A stretch of 60,275 bases of DNA, filler included, from Circinaria calcarea (GCA_051942165.1; 8 parts of 8 records of this genome joined end to end with filler, not necessarily neighbours in it), one strand, 5' to 3'; counted from the whole stretch's first letter, positions 25,601 through 37,764 are shown. Numbers and translations: made by a program. Notes: a model not told the origin generated them from the letters alone.

Positions 25601-27089
25601 TTAGCAGTTCAGTGAACGAAAACTCCATCTCCTTAAGCGCATCGTTGGAGAAGACTGTCGGGTCATAAATGACCTGATATATCATGTCAGCTAAGTGAAT
25701 GCTCAGAAAGGCCAGATGATCATACCCCAAGCTCGACACTGGTTTCGACCTCGAGGAAGCAGAAAAATAGGTCCCACTTTCCTTCAACAGGGTACAAGCG
25801 GCACTTTGGATCAGCCAGCCTAGGAGAATAAGTGACGGCGACTTTGGACGGGCTATACATAACGTTATGAGCACGACCACTTCTTGCAACATCCAGAGGT
25901 GAGAATCTTTCAGCCCGCTTTACTCTGCTGATATTCTTTGACACCGCAGCGATCAAGGCAGCAAGCGTTGTAGATCTTGAATCCAACTGAGCAAAGTCTA
26001 ACAACGGTAGCTTAACTGGCAAAGCATTGGCGAACTGACCAATCGTGCTTTCAAACCCCTGACTTCGACCTGCAAAAGCTACTTCAAGCGCTTGGTCTTC
26101 GCCGTAGGGCGTCTTGCTCTTAGTATGCACAAGAAGACCCAACAGGGTAACGGCGATGCGGAACCAAGACGTCCGATGGGAGTTGCCCCACGCTGCCAAT
26201 TCCTGAAAAAGAAAGTTAGTAAAGCGTGAACGAGCTATTCTTGATTGTCACCGCTGTTACTTCTTTCGGGAAAGTTGTCCACGTCTGTATGCGCCGAAAG
26301 TCCGCAGAGGTGTCTGATAGATTGGATCTTGGTATTTCCCACTCAATAGACCTGGTATTGCGAATTTGATCCAAACAGGTATTCTTGCACTCGAGATAAG
26401 CCTGACTTCCTAACCAGGCTTTCTAGATACCCTCTATTAGTTAGTTATAATTCATCATATATCACACGAACCACACCCTATTGACACCCACATACCTCGA
26501 CAATATGTGCCTGGCTGAAGCGTTCGATATAATCTGGATTGATAGAAGATTCCGCCTTGAACAGTCTCAAGAACTCAGTAGATAGAAGACTCATACTGGT
26601 TCCATCAAGGGCGACGTGATGGGCAACAAGATATAAGAGTGTCATCGAGGTTTGTTGGACAACCAGCCATCGAGCAGGATACTCATGAAAGAGATCAAAC
26701 CCATGACGGAGGGCACTAGCAATGGCCTGGGAGCCTATGTCGTCCTTGGCCTTGGTTATAATCTGAATCATGGGGCATGCTGTGTTGGGATCGTGTTCTT
26801 GAATATGAGGCAGAGCGTCGGAAATATTGAATGTGCAACGTAGAATACCATGTTGCCTGGTCAAGACCCGAATTGCTAACAGAGCGTTAGCTTTCAAGGC
26901 ACAACTGAGCTAGTGAACATAATCCACTCTACCGTGAAGGATATTTTCCAAAGAGCCAGGATCCTCGCTATTAGCAGGGAGAGTCCATTCCAACGTCAAA
27001 TTATATTTCGTGCTCATGGGATCTGTCGTATACTCAATCCAAATACCCTGTTGAGACCTTGTGAGAGGATAAACGGCGCTCAGGGCCAT
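22665..27089 (-). CDS. Hybrid NRPS-PKS with domain order C-A-T-KS, 3' truncated by the contig end
   Basis: C: 'YPLTRSQQGIW', 'HHVALDG' (26601-26621), 'IGQFANALP'. A: 'YMIFTSGSTG', 'FSFDASILEW', 'NAYGPTE'. T: 'FFDIGGHS' (Ser codon split by an intron). KS: 'IAIVGIAGRFPGA', 'MDPQQRLFLE', 'GPNVTLNTNCASG'. The exon junctions I checked join in frame via GT-AG introns. Confidence 0.92.
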
Positions 27090-27918
27090 GTGGTGTTTGA
27101 AACCCCGACGGGAGGGTGAACCACCCGCCTTTGCCTGACCAGAGAGCAAAGCCATGCTGGAGCCGAAAACTGACATGACTGTAAATGACAAAATATAGCG
27201 GGGTAGGTAGGATAGGGGAAATTGAATATGTTGCAATTAGACAGATGGCCGACAGGTTTATATAGCTTTCCCTTATCAAAATCGAGATCTGGAATATATA
27301 AGAACCTTTTCCGGAAGGCCCATGGCCACCTATTTCCGTTACCGTCGCCAACTAAGCTCAGAATCTTTTTAAGTAAACACATCATATTCCCGTCCCCCAT
27401 CCCTTTTACAAATCAGCTTTTCCCTTATGCACAAGGATACACACCTCCATCCCATCCTTTCGATATCGTTGCCTTCCGAACCTGCAGTCCTTGTGGGGCT
27501 GATGAAGCCCTTCTCCAATAGACGTGACCCAAAGAGACACGGGCACACCGCAGTAGGATCTAAGAAGCGAGTTCATCATGACCCAAGGTACGCTTGTGTA
27601 TATGGTGTTGCAAGTAGAGGTTGTCAGCTACATGGTAGGATTCTGAAGGTCCAAGAACTAGCCCACCTAAGCAGGAGATTCCAGGCGATCTCCATCTTTC
27701 AAAGGAAGAGGCGGACCTCGAGACAGTGAAGATGTGCAAATCGACGATGCTGGAATAGGATTGAGAGCGGGTAATCATATTAGGATTTTCGTCACACCAT
27801 ATACTGAATGGCGTAATAGTTTCTAGCCAAACATGGAGGTCCCCACTACTAAGCGCTATCGAGTGATGAATATATGCATGACATTATCTTACTGTCGTAT
27901 AGATTTTGCTGTTCTTCC

Positions 27919-28140
27919 CAGCGCCGCCAGTAGTCCGGACTGTGGACTGACAGTCCAGCTTAACAGTCCGAAACATGTGTGGAAATTGCAGGCAAGTAGG
28001 GCGTTGACTGGGAAACATATATGCACGTAGCAGAAGTTGGCACGTGCGTATATGTTTCCCAGTCAACGCCTTGTTTGCCTGCAATTTCCACACATGTTTC
28101 GGACTGTTAAGCTGGACTGTCTGGACTACTGGCGGCCCTG
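27919..28140. mobile_element. 222-bp non-autonomous hAT-type MITE / foldback element
   Basis: CAG...CTG termini (the right end reads CAGGGCCGCC on the minus strand). ~100-bp inverted arms around a ~13-nt loop. Exact 8-bp direct repeat GTTCTTCC at 27911-27918 and 28141-28148. Confidence 0.88.
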
Positions 28141-29132
28141 GTTCTTCCTTGAAAGCGAGGTATATAAGGAAGATGAGACGGACAGAGAGAAATAGGCGGT
28201 GAACTATTTCGTTGCTTGGAATAAAACTAGAGGGGCTCTTGCTTACACTTGTAATAACTTGGCCATAACTGCCAAGACTGGTAAAGGGAAGAGGGGGCTC
28301 TCGGTCCGAGCCAGTATAACTCTTGACTTGCTTCACGCAGATGCTGAACCCTATCTCTTATCCGGCGGGGTCAAATGACTTCCAGCAAGCCGGGAGCATT
28401 CTTACTCTGTTAGTAAGTTCGATGAGAATGATTCGGTGCTACCATAAATGGGTGAAAATTCCAAGCTAAGAAACAGAAGGAATGGGTAAGCCATATTGCG
28501 TTAGCGTGCCAATATATACGTACCACAGTATACTACCATAAGCCTGACTAATCACTTGGTTACATTTACATAAGAATGGATTGGCGCTGACTTCCTTCGT
28601 AAAGAGCCAGGATTAATCCCGGGGAAAATGCCAAGCAATGGGGGTGACTCACTACCCCGAGGTTAATAGGTTAACTTCACCATCGCGGGGCTTTTTAATA
28701 AATCGCTGTCGCAAATGCCACTAATGTCGTACTATTATAAAGATTGATCAGCTTAAGAGTATGGAATTGCGTATTTCCGGATAATTAAATATAAGTATTT
28801 AATTATGCATGCTTTGCTAATATAGTGCCGCTTCTTGTTTTTGGAAAAAAACAAAAAAGGTAAAATGCTCTCTCTCTTGTTTTCTCTCGGCGCTTTTCGA
28901 TAATCTGCTAGTTGTCACGGGAGCGCAAGTATCATGTAGAATGGTGATGGAATTGCTGGCTTCTAATTTATTGCCTAATCAAGGGGTTTAAGGTTCACTG
29001 GCCTGCTAATGTGCTCCTTCCTCCTCTCCCAAAATCAGTTAGCGAAGCAGCAAAGCGTGTACTCATGAACCTGTCTCTTTCACACTATTATCTGGGCTTG
29101 AATACAGCCCAAATATCACTGCGTCAGGGTGA

Positions 29133-30114
29133 CTAGAAGACTAGCTGGAAGACTGGCTGCGTGACTGTAAGCGGCTTTGTATAGACTTGATCTATCCCAA
29201 GCACACGGTTATTGCTAGGCTTCGCGCCTTGCTTCAGGCGCAAGACATTGCATTCCCTCCGTTGATAGCCCTTGTCAGTTCTGATCAGCCGAATGACGAC
29301 AGTCTCGGGCGTTCCATTTCGGTTGCGTCTCCAGCAGTTCAGTGGTAGCTCGATCTCTTTTCGAAGCACTCCAAACATGTTCATGGCTTCAGCACCTGCC
29401 TTCAGGGACATGTGAAACTGTATACCTTGCTGTGTCCAGCCATACCCGCCATTGAGTCTGTCAACAACCGCGTTCTCAATCACAACCACGTCGCCAGATT
29501 TCTTGAAACAGTCGGGCGATGGCGCGAGCATACCCCATGTCTGATGATCGAATTTCGGATAATCGAATTTCGGAGCATCGGATTTCGGAGCATCGCGTTT
29601 GAGTTTGCGAAAGCACGCTAGTTCTTTCTTTTCAGGCACCGTCCAGGCAAAGATAGATTCATCAGGGGTGGCCGCCAGCAGCTCCTTTTGAAGTCTCATG
29701 AAGGCTTTCTCACCTTCACCGTATTGCGGCGTTAGGCTAACGTTAAAGATGCCAAGCATACTGTAAGCGATGTCTTCAACCCTTGTGGTAGTCCTGCCAG
29801 CCATCCAGCTCATTCGGGTCGCTATACTAGCTCGTTGAATCTCATTCAGAGGATCACCGCTGATCAGGTAGTTCTCGCCGATATTGGTCAGTTCCCTAAG
29901 GAAGCTTGCCAGGCTCTTCTTCGTGCCCAAGTACTTCCATTGGTGATCGTAGAATTCCATTTCTTGAGGTGCCAAGAGCTCCTGCAACGTCCATCCACGT
30001 TCAAACCATTCAGACCACTGACCCACTCGCTTCGAACTTTGGCTCTTGAACACCTGCAGGTCCACGGGCGAACCCACGGCGGGTCCGACTACGTCGGGAA
30101 GATATGCGTAACAG
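29133..30114 (-). CDS. HET (heterokaryon incompatibility) domain protein, 5' truncated
   Basis: 'SEWFERGWTLQELLAP' and 'ATRMSWMAGRTTTRVEDIAYSMLGIF...YGEGEKAFMRLQKELL...DESIFAW'. Confidence 0.9.
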
Positions 30115-30214
30115 NNNNNNNNNNNNNNNNNNNNNNNNNNNNNNNNNNNNNNNNNNNNTTAATTAATTAANNNNNNNNNNNNNNNNNNNNNNNNNNNNNN
30201 NNNNNNNNNNNNNN

Positions 30215-30354
30215 TGCTAGGACTTAGCTTAGTGGACAGTAAGAAGTTTGTGGAGAGTGCGCCGAAGCAAATGAAAGAGGGAATACCGAAAGAGGAGTGC
30301 CAGAAAATCATAGAAACAATGAAGGCGCTTGGGGGAGTGGTGGTCATGGAGTAG
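30215..30354 (+). CDS. MNP1: C-terminus of mitochondrial ribosomal protein L12 (bL12m), 5' truncated; absent from the ORF track
   Basis: The frame from 30217 reads 'LGLSLVDSKKFVESAPKQMKEGIPKEECQKIIETMKALGGVVVME*', the L7/L12 C-terminal signature. Confidence 0.85.
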
Positions 30355-30768
30355 AACTGTTTAAATGGACAAGGGAGGATGCTTCTTTGTCTGCTCATAC
30401 TTGGAACTTGCAAAGTGTGGGGACTGTATCATACTGCAAGGGGTCACATGGAGGGTTGTCAGGGTCAGGAGGTGAAGCCGTCGTGTGTGCTCTCAGTGCA
30501 TCCGGGTGAGAATGGCACTTGAATCTAGTCTCCAGCGATGAATTTTGCACGGTAAGCGCAGAGCCATATATGTTTCAAGCAGATGCTCGTTCATACCGGC
30601 GGCCTTACACGGAAATATCAAAGCGCTCAGCTCAAGATCTTGCTAGCTCGTGAAGCCTGGTACACATTTTTCTGAGGTTTCCCGCTCTCGCTATGTAATA
30701 GAGCCCCTTCCTACATTGCTCCAAACAACGCCAGTTCCGGGGGTATCATCGCAAACAAGTAGGGCAAT

Positions 30769-31595
30769 TCATTTGACCTGAACAGCCAGCTTTCTGTCAG
30801 ACATATCTTCATCCCCTGCCATGTAATCATCTTCGCCTACGTCGCTACCCTCATCCCACAACTTATCAACCTCTTGATCCTCCTCCGCACCCACAGCCCA
30901 TATGCTTTCCCTCAACCTCTTATGTCGTTCTCGATCTTCCTCGATCCTTTGCTCTATCTGGCGTTTGTCGAGTCTCGCGACTCCGTTCATCTTGGGCGTG
31001 GTTTGCGAAGCTTGTGGTTCCCGCTGGCCATTAGCCTCGGTAGGGGAGAGAGCTGGGTGGGCGGGTAATGTATCCCGTTCCTTTAAGGAAGCTTCGATTT
31101 CCAGGACGGTGTCAGGGATCAGGATAGTCTTTTGTTGCAGGCCGTTCAGTACCTAGGTAGAGCCATCAGTATCAGAGCCTAGTAAATAATTGACCACTCC
31201 CGGCGCTCACCCTCCTCACGACCTTCACATTTGCTGCTCCAGATCCGTCGCTGGGGGCCACAGCATCCACCACGCTGAAGATATCCCGCTGTATCATCCG
31301 GACGAAGTTCAAATGATTTTCTCGTTGCGCCATGTCGCATAAATGTTCGATAAAATACATGATGTTTGCCCGGTTATTCATTGAATTCTAGATAGGACTT
31401 AGCACATATCAACTCGTACTATATTCAGGCGATGTAAACTTTTTCGAGCTGCTCGAGAATGCATGAGTGCAGGTCCTCGTCCATGTCCCGGTATTTCAAG
31501 GCATAGTGGGCGGCTTTCTGAGAGGAAGTGACGGAAGCATTGAGGTGTTGCAATTGAGATGTGAAGCGCATGCGCACTTCAAAGGGATCTGCCAT
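30769..31595 (-). CDS. CTK3: RNA polymerase II CTD kinase gamma subunit
   Basis: 'MADPFEVRMRFTSQLQHLNAS...YALKYRDMDEDLHSCILEQLEK|NSMNNRANIMYFIEHL' and C-terminal 'IEQRIEEDRERHKRLRESIW'. Two introns. Confidence 0.9.
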
Positions 31596-31812
31596 CTTCA
31601 AGACAGTGTGAGAGATATGAAGTATGAGAGAAGCTCAATCCTGAGACGCACTTCGAGGGAATGGTCGAGGTGAGCGGTGAAGGGCGGGCAAAAAAATAAA
31701 AATCGCAATGCAGCGCCGAGATTTCTTCAGAAACGACTTTGTAGCTGTAACCACTCTATACTTCCTGTATGGTTAGGTCAGTCAACAAAGTATATACACA
31801 CCTAGACCCAGT

Positions 31813-32879
31813 ATGGAGAATCCAAGGAGCGTCAATGGGACAAGCAACAATCATGGCATGACCCTCACTGTACTAGGGTGCGGTCTGCATCCCCCCCCCT
31901 CTCTTTCCGCCCTCAATCTCCCATCCCATTGCAATCTGATAGCAACCTAGGAACCCTTGGGACAGGCATTTTGTCTGGTATCTTTTCCGCGCTATCTGAC
32001 TGCAAAGTACCTTCACCTTCGGAATCGCATTCCTCGTCGGGTACAAGTACACCTTCTACTGACCTCCCCCCGAGATACCCTACCCGCTTTATTGCCTGCG
32101 TTATACGGGAAGAATCCGCCAAGCGCTTGAAAAAGACACTACTCAGCAATGACCTTACCATTATCCAAAATGACAATCTTCGTGGTGTACAGGAGGCAGA
32201 CGTCGTTCTTCTTGGCTGTAAACCGCAGATGGTAAAGACGGTCCTCAGCCAGGAAGGCATACGAGAAGGACTCAAAGGAAAACTTCTGATCAGCATATGT
32301 GCTGGAGTTACCGTCGATCAGATTGAAGAAACCCTATATGGTCAAAGCAAGGGTGGTGAAGGGAGATGCCGCGTCGTTAGAGTGATGCCCAACACGGCAT
32401 CCCTCGTCCGGGAATCCATGACCGTGATTGAAACGTCCACACCACCACTACCTTCCCATCTGGACGCCCTTGTCACGTGGATCTTCACCCGCATCGGCGA
32501 AGTGGTGCGTCTCCCTCCGTACAACCTTGACGCAAGCACCGCCCTCTGTGGCTCCGGCCCTGCATTCTTTGCGCTTATCCTCGAAGCCATGGTGGACGGC
32601 GCTATCGCGATGGGGTTGCCGAGAGAGGAAGCGCAGCATATGGCTGCACAGACAATGAAGGGAACAGCTGGATTAGTTCTCAATGGTGGGAATCCAGCGA
32701 GTGTACGGCAGAATGTGTGCTCGCCTGGTGGTTGTACTATTGGGGGACTACTGGTCCTGGAGGATGGGGGCATCAGGGGAATGTTGGCGAGAGGAGTGAT
32801 GGAAGCAACGGTTGTGGCAAGCAAATTGGGTCAGGGGAATGTGGGAGTGAACGGAGCAAGACTAGGCTCAAAATACTAG
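31813..32879 (+). CDS. PRO3: Pyrroline-5-carboxylate reductase
   Basis: Intron 31883-31950 yields the Rossmann motif 'VLGCGTLG'. Also 'VRVMPNT', 'TALCGSGPAF' and 'VCSPGGCTIGGL'. Confidence 0.93.
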
Positions 32880-34031
32880 GCAGAAATGTGCCAGTGCCAA
32901 ATTGCGTATAACTCCTCGCTCCTCTTGTTACCACAGGACTGAGCGTATCGACATCTCCGTCACTATAGTTCGTCCACAAGTAGACTTCGAGTTTCCAATA
33001 TAGTATCTCGAAACCTTTGTTCGCCTCTCCTAACTCGGCTATCTATACCGGCAGTCTTCCTTGAAGATATTGAAGTCAAGCATAATAGCTTGATTGTCTC
33101 CAAAAATGCAAGCGCAGAGACAGGCCAAACTTTGAGTCGCTCTCAGACCCCTCTTGCCAGAAAGACGAGCCAGCTGCAAGTAATGCATAAGTTTGCAAGA
33201 GACAAGCCTCATCAACAAAAGAGTATCAGAGAAAGCTGGGTCGAATTGAATACATAAAATGCATCCAAAACCAAGAGTCTAGAGCGAACGAAAATCCTTA
33301 GACTAAAACCACAACTCTCCACCAAATCCACGGATCCCCCTTTTTCGGAAGCGCAAAAGTCGAACATTTAAACGCCATTTCGAGGAAACGCTATTCGAAA
33401 CTTCTAGCGTATGCCTTGAGTAGACTTATTCGTCCGACTAATTGTTTGCTACTGGACACTCAGCTATGAGAGGAAAGCGAGTGGGTGAAAGGGTGGTCGA
33501 CACCGAAGGAATGTGTACAGCGTCCCAAGCAAGTAATATGGATAAAAAAGTAGGACGGCTCCAGGGCGCCGATCGCTCCTGAGTACCGTAAAGATATCGT
33601 ATTGGACCAGCTATAGCAATGTATAGATGGAGAGAGTAAATTCCGTCCGACGACATGGCATCGACCTCGCTCACTATCAGGCCAGGCGTTATAATGACAC
33701 ATAAGTCGTAAAATGACGACTAGACCGCCATAATCAGGTAAGCCATCTGAATTTTTCTATTACGTGACTATTTACCCATAGCGATGGCGAGTTGGCACTA
33801 TAGAACAGTAACCCAATTGAGCATCACCGTGTATGGGTACATCGCTCATTGACTCTTGGCATGTAGACCATGGCTTTCTGTGTTTTCGAATCATGGTCCA
33901 CCGTCTTTGGCGCACGATAGACACTCGAGATGTAGCTTATTCTTGGTCAATTGGACTTGTGCTAACTGTCTGACGCTCTTCGTCTGTGGTGACCATGGAT
34001 CTAAGTAATCCTCGCTCTTCGCTCCTCCTGT

Positions 34032-36938
34032 CTAGGTTATATCTTTGTCTCCCGGCTCTGGTCTATTCTCCTCAGTATCGTTCAGGATAAACCAGATGTC
34101 TTTTTTAGTTAGAAGCCCTTTGAGAATTCCTCGGTCGCAAAAGAGAATATATTTCAGACCAAGCCGTTGGAACATGTCGATGGTTAGGTGAAGAGTACTC
34201 TTGCTGTTGAGTGTAATAGGGGTTTGGTCCATCCAGGGTCGCAGATCGAGAGTGTTTCTAAGATCGACTGACGGCTGATGTGAGAAGTACACTTGGGTAT
34301 CAGGTGGTAGGCGTCGTGGCTCGGCGCCAGCAGCCTTTAATGCGTAGGTTAGCTCTGCACGTGAAATATACCCAAGCAAATAATGTTCGGATACATCCGT
34401 AACAATCGGAAATCCACGATATCGATACTTGTTCAGAAAGTCCTGTAGTGTTTCCAACGTGTGTCCTGTTGCCGTTATTGTGATTAACTCATCCGTCCCA
34501 GTCATAATCTCTGCAACTGGGACGTCTGGAATAGAGGAGTCATCTCTGTGATCTAGAAAGGGGTACTCGTTGAAGCGAATCCAGCTCTCGTAGATACCAC
34601 GTTTGCCAAAAGCGTCACCAACCCATTTGCTTAGCATGACGGCGATCATGATCGGTAGGACGTAGGTGAGTGCTCCAGTCAACTCGAACATGATGACGAC
34701 AATCGAAACCGTCATCCTCGTAACTCCGCCGAGTGCAGACGCAGCACCGATAATAGCATATGTACCGGGCGTGACGCATGCTCCATCCTGTTCACATGTA
34801 GCGAATATAAGCGCACTTGGGTGACTTTGTTGCCAGAGATCGACAAGTATTCCCAAGGCTCGACCATAGAGAGCACCGATCGCCATCGAGGGAAGTATGA
34901 TGCCAGCAGGTATTTGTAGGCCAAACGTGATGGATGCAAAGACGAACCCCAGCACGGCAGCAGAAAGAAGAGCCGCTATTGTTCCAGTATAGGCAGCTCC
35001 ACTCTTACAGATACCAAACTGATCATCATTGATTGCTGCGCACTCAGCAAACATTGTAAAAACTAGTTCCGAAGACTGGGCTCTCATGAATATATTAGGA
35101 AAGTTGACGATGGCGGTGACGCTGGCAACAAAAAAGACTTCAAGAACAGGGAAATTCGATATTCTCGATGACTTTCGCCATCTGGCAACCATCATATTCA
35201 ATTTGATGAATAATCCACCATATAAACCCCCAATGATTCCGAGTACGGCGAACGGAATCAACTCAAATGCATGCCAGCTACTCGAGTACGTGACTTGATA
35301 AAGTACCAACTGGCCAGTGCGAAAGGGATTGAATGCCTGTAGAGTCACCGCAGCTACCATGGCACAGACAAAGCTTTGCCACATTGTTTTGTCAGGGAAG
35401 TAATACGATAGTTGCTGAAAAAAAGATTAGTACCAAATAATAATAACAAATTACCATAGTTACCTCAAGACTGAATAGAACACCGCCAATCGGCGATCCA
35501 AAGGCTACTGAAATACCTGCGGCGGCAGCTGCTGAGAGAACTTCACGTTTGCGAGCTAGATTTCCGTCAGTATCTAGAACGTATTCACGTAACATAAAAT
35601 CTAGCTGTATGCAAACCTTCATTATCGTTTACGTTGACAAATAATTTCATCAGAAGATTTGCACAGCAGCAAGCAACATGTACCAGTGGTCCTTCTTTTC
35701 CAAGCCAAAGGCCCGATGCAACCGCGAGACACTAAAATTTGGGTCAGTTACGATATGCGGATGCTCTCAAGGATCGGGAGACTGACGAGCCCGATAGCTT
35801 TAATGACTAAGGTCCAACCCCCCATAAAGCGTCGTATCACGAAACCTCCGAGAACAGTCTTTATTTCAGGTATACCACTTTGTTTGGCGTAGCCGGCGTA
35901 TTGTCTTACAAGTAGGCTTGCACATACAGCGAACAAAACCTAAACGGCAGTCAGCCTAGAACTTGGGTTTCAAGGAAGCAATCTGATTACTGAGAAGAGA
36001 GTAAAGAAGAGGTATTCAGTCATATACCTTCCGGCTGTAGTGTCAATGTGTAAAGCAGTACTCCAAGACGTCCAGTCAGTACATTGTGCCCACTCTGCAG
36101 AATTAGCGGAATGCTGAACAATGCCTTTTGAGTGAAAATCCTACCATCATGACCCCAGCAGCAAAACCCCCTGTTAAGATAGAGCCGTCCGCCTCCAGCT
36201 CCATTCTTACAGTAGCCTGTTTTTAGGTCCCCTAACCAATCACTTACCACATCTATTCCAGCAGCAAGTACGCCTGCAGCCAACCCCGTAGCAACCAGCA
36301 CCAGCCAAACTTGAGAAGCATCGAGAAGCTGATGGGCGTAGCCAAGGAGACCGGTGGCCCTAGAATACAAACTTCGCAGCCTTTGACGCTCTTTTGTGTA
36401 CTCGAAGATCCAATCAATTGCAGTGAGATCATCGTAACCCACTTTCCGACGAGGTCCTTGCGTGTACCAATCTAGAGGTACACCGTCCTTGGTGTCATCG
36501 AGTCCTGCCGTATACCCCGGGTTCCCGTTGCCAGCAGACGGAGGGATATCTGGGCTATTACGTAGGGATTGGTCTCGTAGTCTCCGAAGCCGGGCAGAAG
36601 AAAATGGGGGTGTGTATGAGTTTCGCGGGCTCACTTTTGGAAGAGGTGAAAGAAACTTAGGCAAGGAGAGCTTGGAGGGCAGCTTTTGTTTGCGTTTCGA
36701 GTTATTTCTGTTAGGTCTTAGCCGAATGTAATGATTGAGATGGATTGAGTAAACCTTACTGAGAGGACCCGCTATCCTCCAGAAAGTCGCTTTCAAGTAG
36801 GGCGTGGTCTTGCGCCTGCGCCGCCAGTAGATCATCTACGTCGCTTTCATCGTCCAGATTAATGGGCGAATGGGAAGTTCTTGATGGATCAGAGCTGCCT
36901 TCGCCATTACCCTCGGATATCGAGTCTGTAGTAGGCAT
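34032..36938 (-). CDS. CLC-family chloride channel/antiporter with CBS domains, multi-exon
   Basis: '[12 protein letters not shown]', 'SGIPEIK', 'GKEGP' (35685-35705 region), '[14 protein letters not shown]' and '[11 protein letters not shown]'. CBS segments 'GFPIV' and 'MDQTPITL'. Confidence 0.93.
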
Positions 36939-37148
36939 TGCAGCCCAAGCATGTTGAAGGCATTTTTGCGGTATCTTTGCCTTCGGCTCCAAAACAAACC
37001 CCCCCTCTTTTCGGCGCTAGGCCCGAGTCCCCTTCCGCAAAAAGTATCTCGGCTAACTTTTGATATAAAAATCTTGCGTTATTTGCAACACAGTCGCGCA
37101 ATCAGTTGCCTCAAAACTTACTGTGCATATACATGCCAGTCGCCAAAG

Positions 37149-37664
37149 ATGGAATGTACTTGGGATAATACGTATCTGCGATTAAGTCATGATATACTTG
37201 GCAGACTTCCCGCAGAAGTTGTCAAAACACTGGAGCACGGCTCCAACACTCAGTACCTCGATACACTCGCATTACTTGCCCTAGATCCGGAGTGGACGAC
37301 TATCATTTTCAGTACCCACGAGCCTCTCTTTGTGGAAATCTGCAATAGATGGCTGTCTGGACTACTACCGCAGGCTGAGCCGCTGAGCATAGCAGCTGCC
37401 CTGGCACGGATCTTACCCCTTGCTTCCCACCTATCGATGTATGCGGAGGAGATAGTGTATCATCGACAAGGCGGGCCACACGATTTGTGCTCCAAGAAGG
37501 GTGTCATTGAGGTCTCCAATTTGTCAGATGCTACGCTCACGAGCCTTCTTCTGACCTTAACCCGCTTACTGCAGTTTGATAACTCTTCTTTTGCTTCCGC
37601 CGTCTCTCCTGCTCTGATGCAATTGTTGTTGAGTCACCCACAGCTATCTATCAGATATCTTGCC
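37149..37664 (+). CDS. MDN1: N-terminus of midasin (Rea1 AAA ATPase), truncated
   Basis: 'YLDTLALLALDP...EPLFVEICNRW...ALARILPLA...LTRLLQFD...VSPALMQLLLSHP..SIRYLA' resembles the N-terminus of Pezizomycotina midasin as I recall it. No AAA motif lies within the contig. Confidence 0.7.
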
Positions 37665-37764
37665 NNNNNNNNNNNNNNNNNNNNNNNNNNNNNNNNNNNN
37701 NNNNNNNNTTAATTAATTAANNNNNNNNNNNNNNNNNNNNNNNNNNNNNNNNNNNNNNNNNNNN

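Noticed and set aside
27833..28336. ORFs on both strands sharing 'VQLNSPKHVWKLQA'
   Set aside because: A by-product of the MITE palindrome, not coding.
33438..33702. Short minus-strand ORFs between PRO3 and the CLC gene
   Set aside because: No recognisable motif or splice structure.
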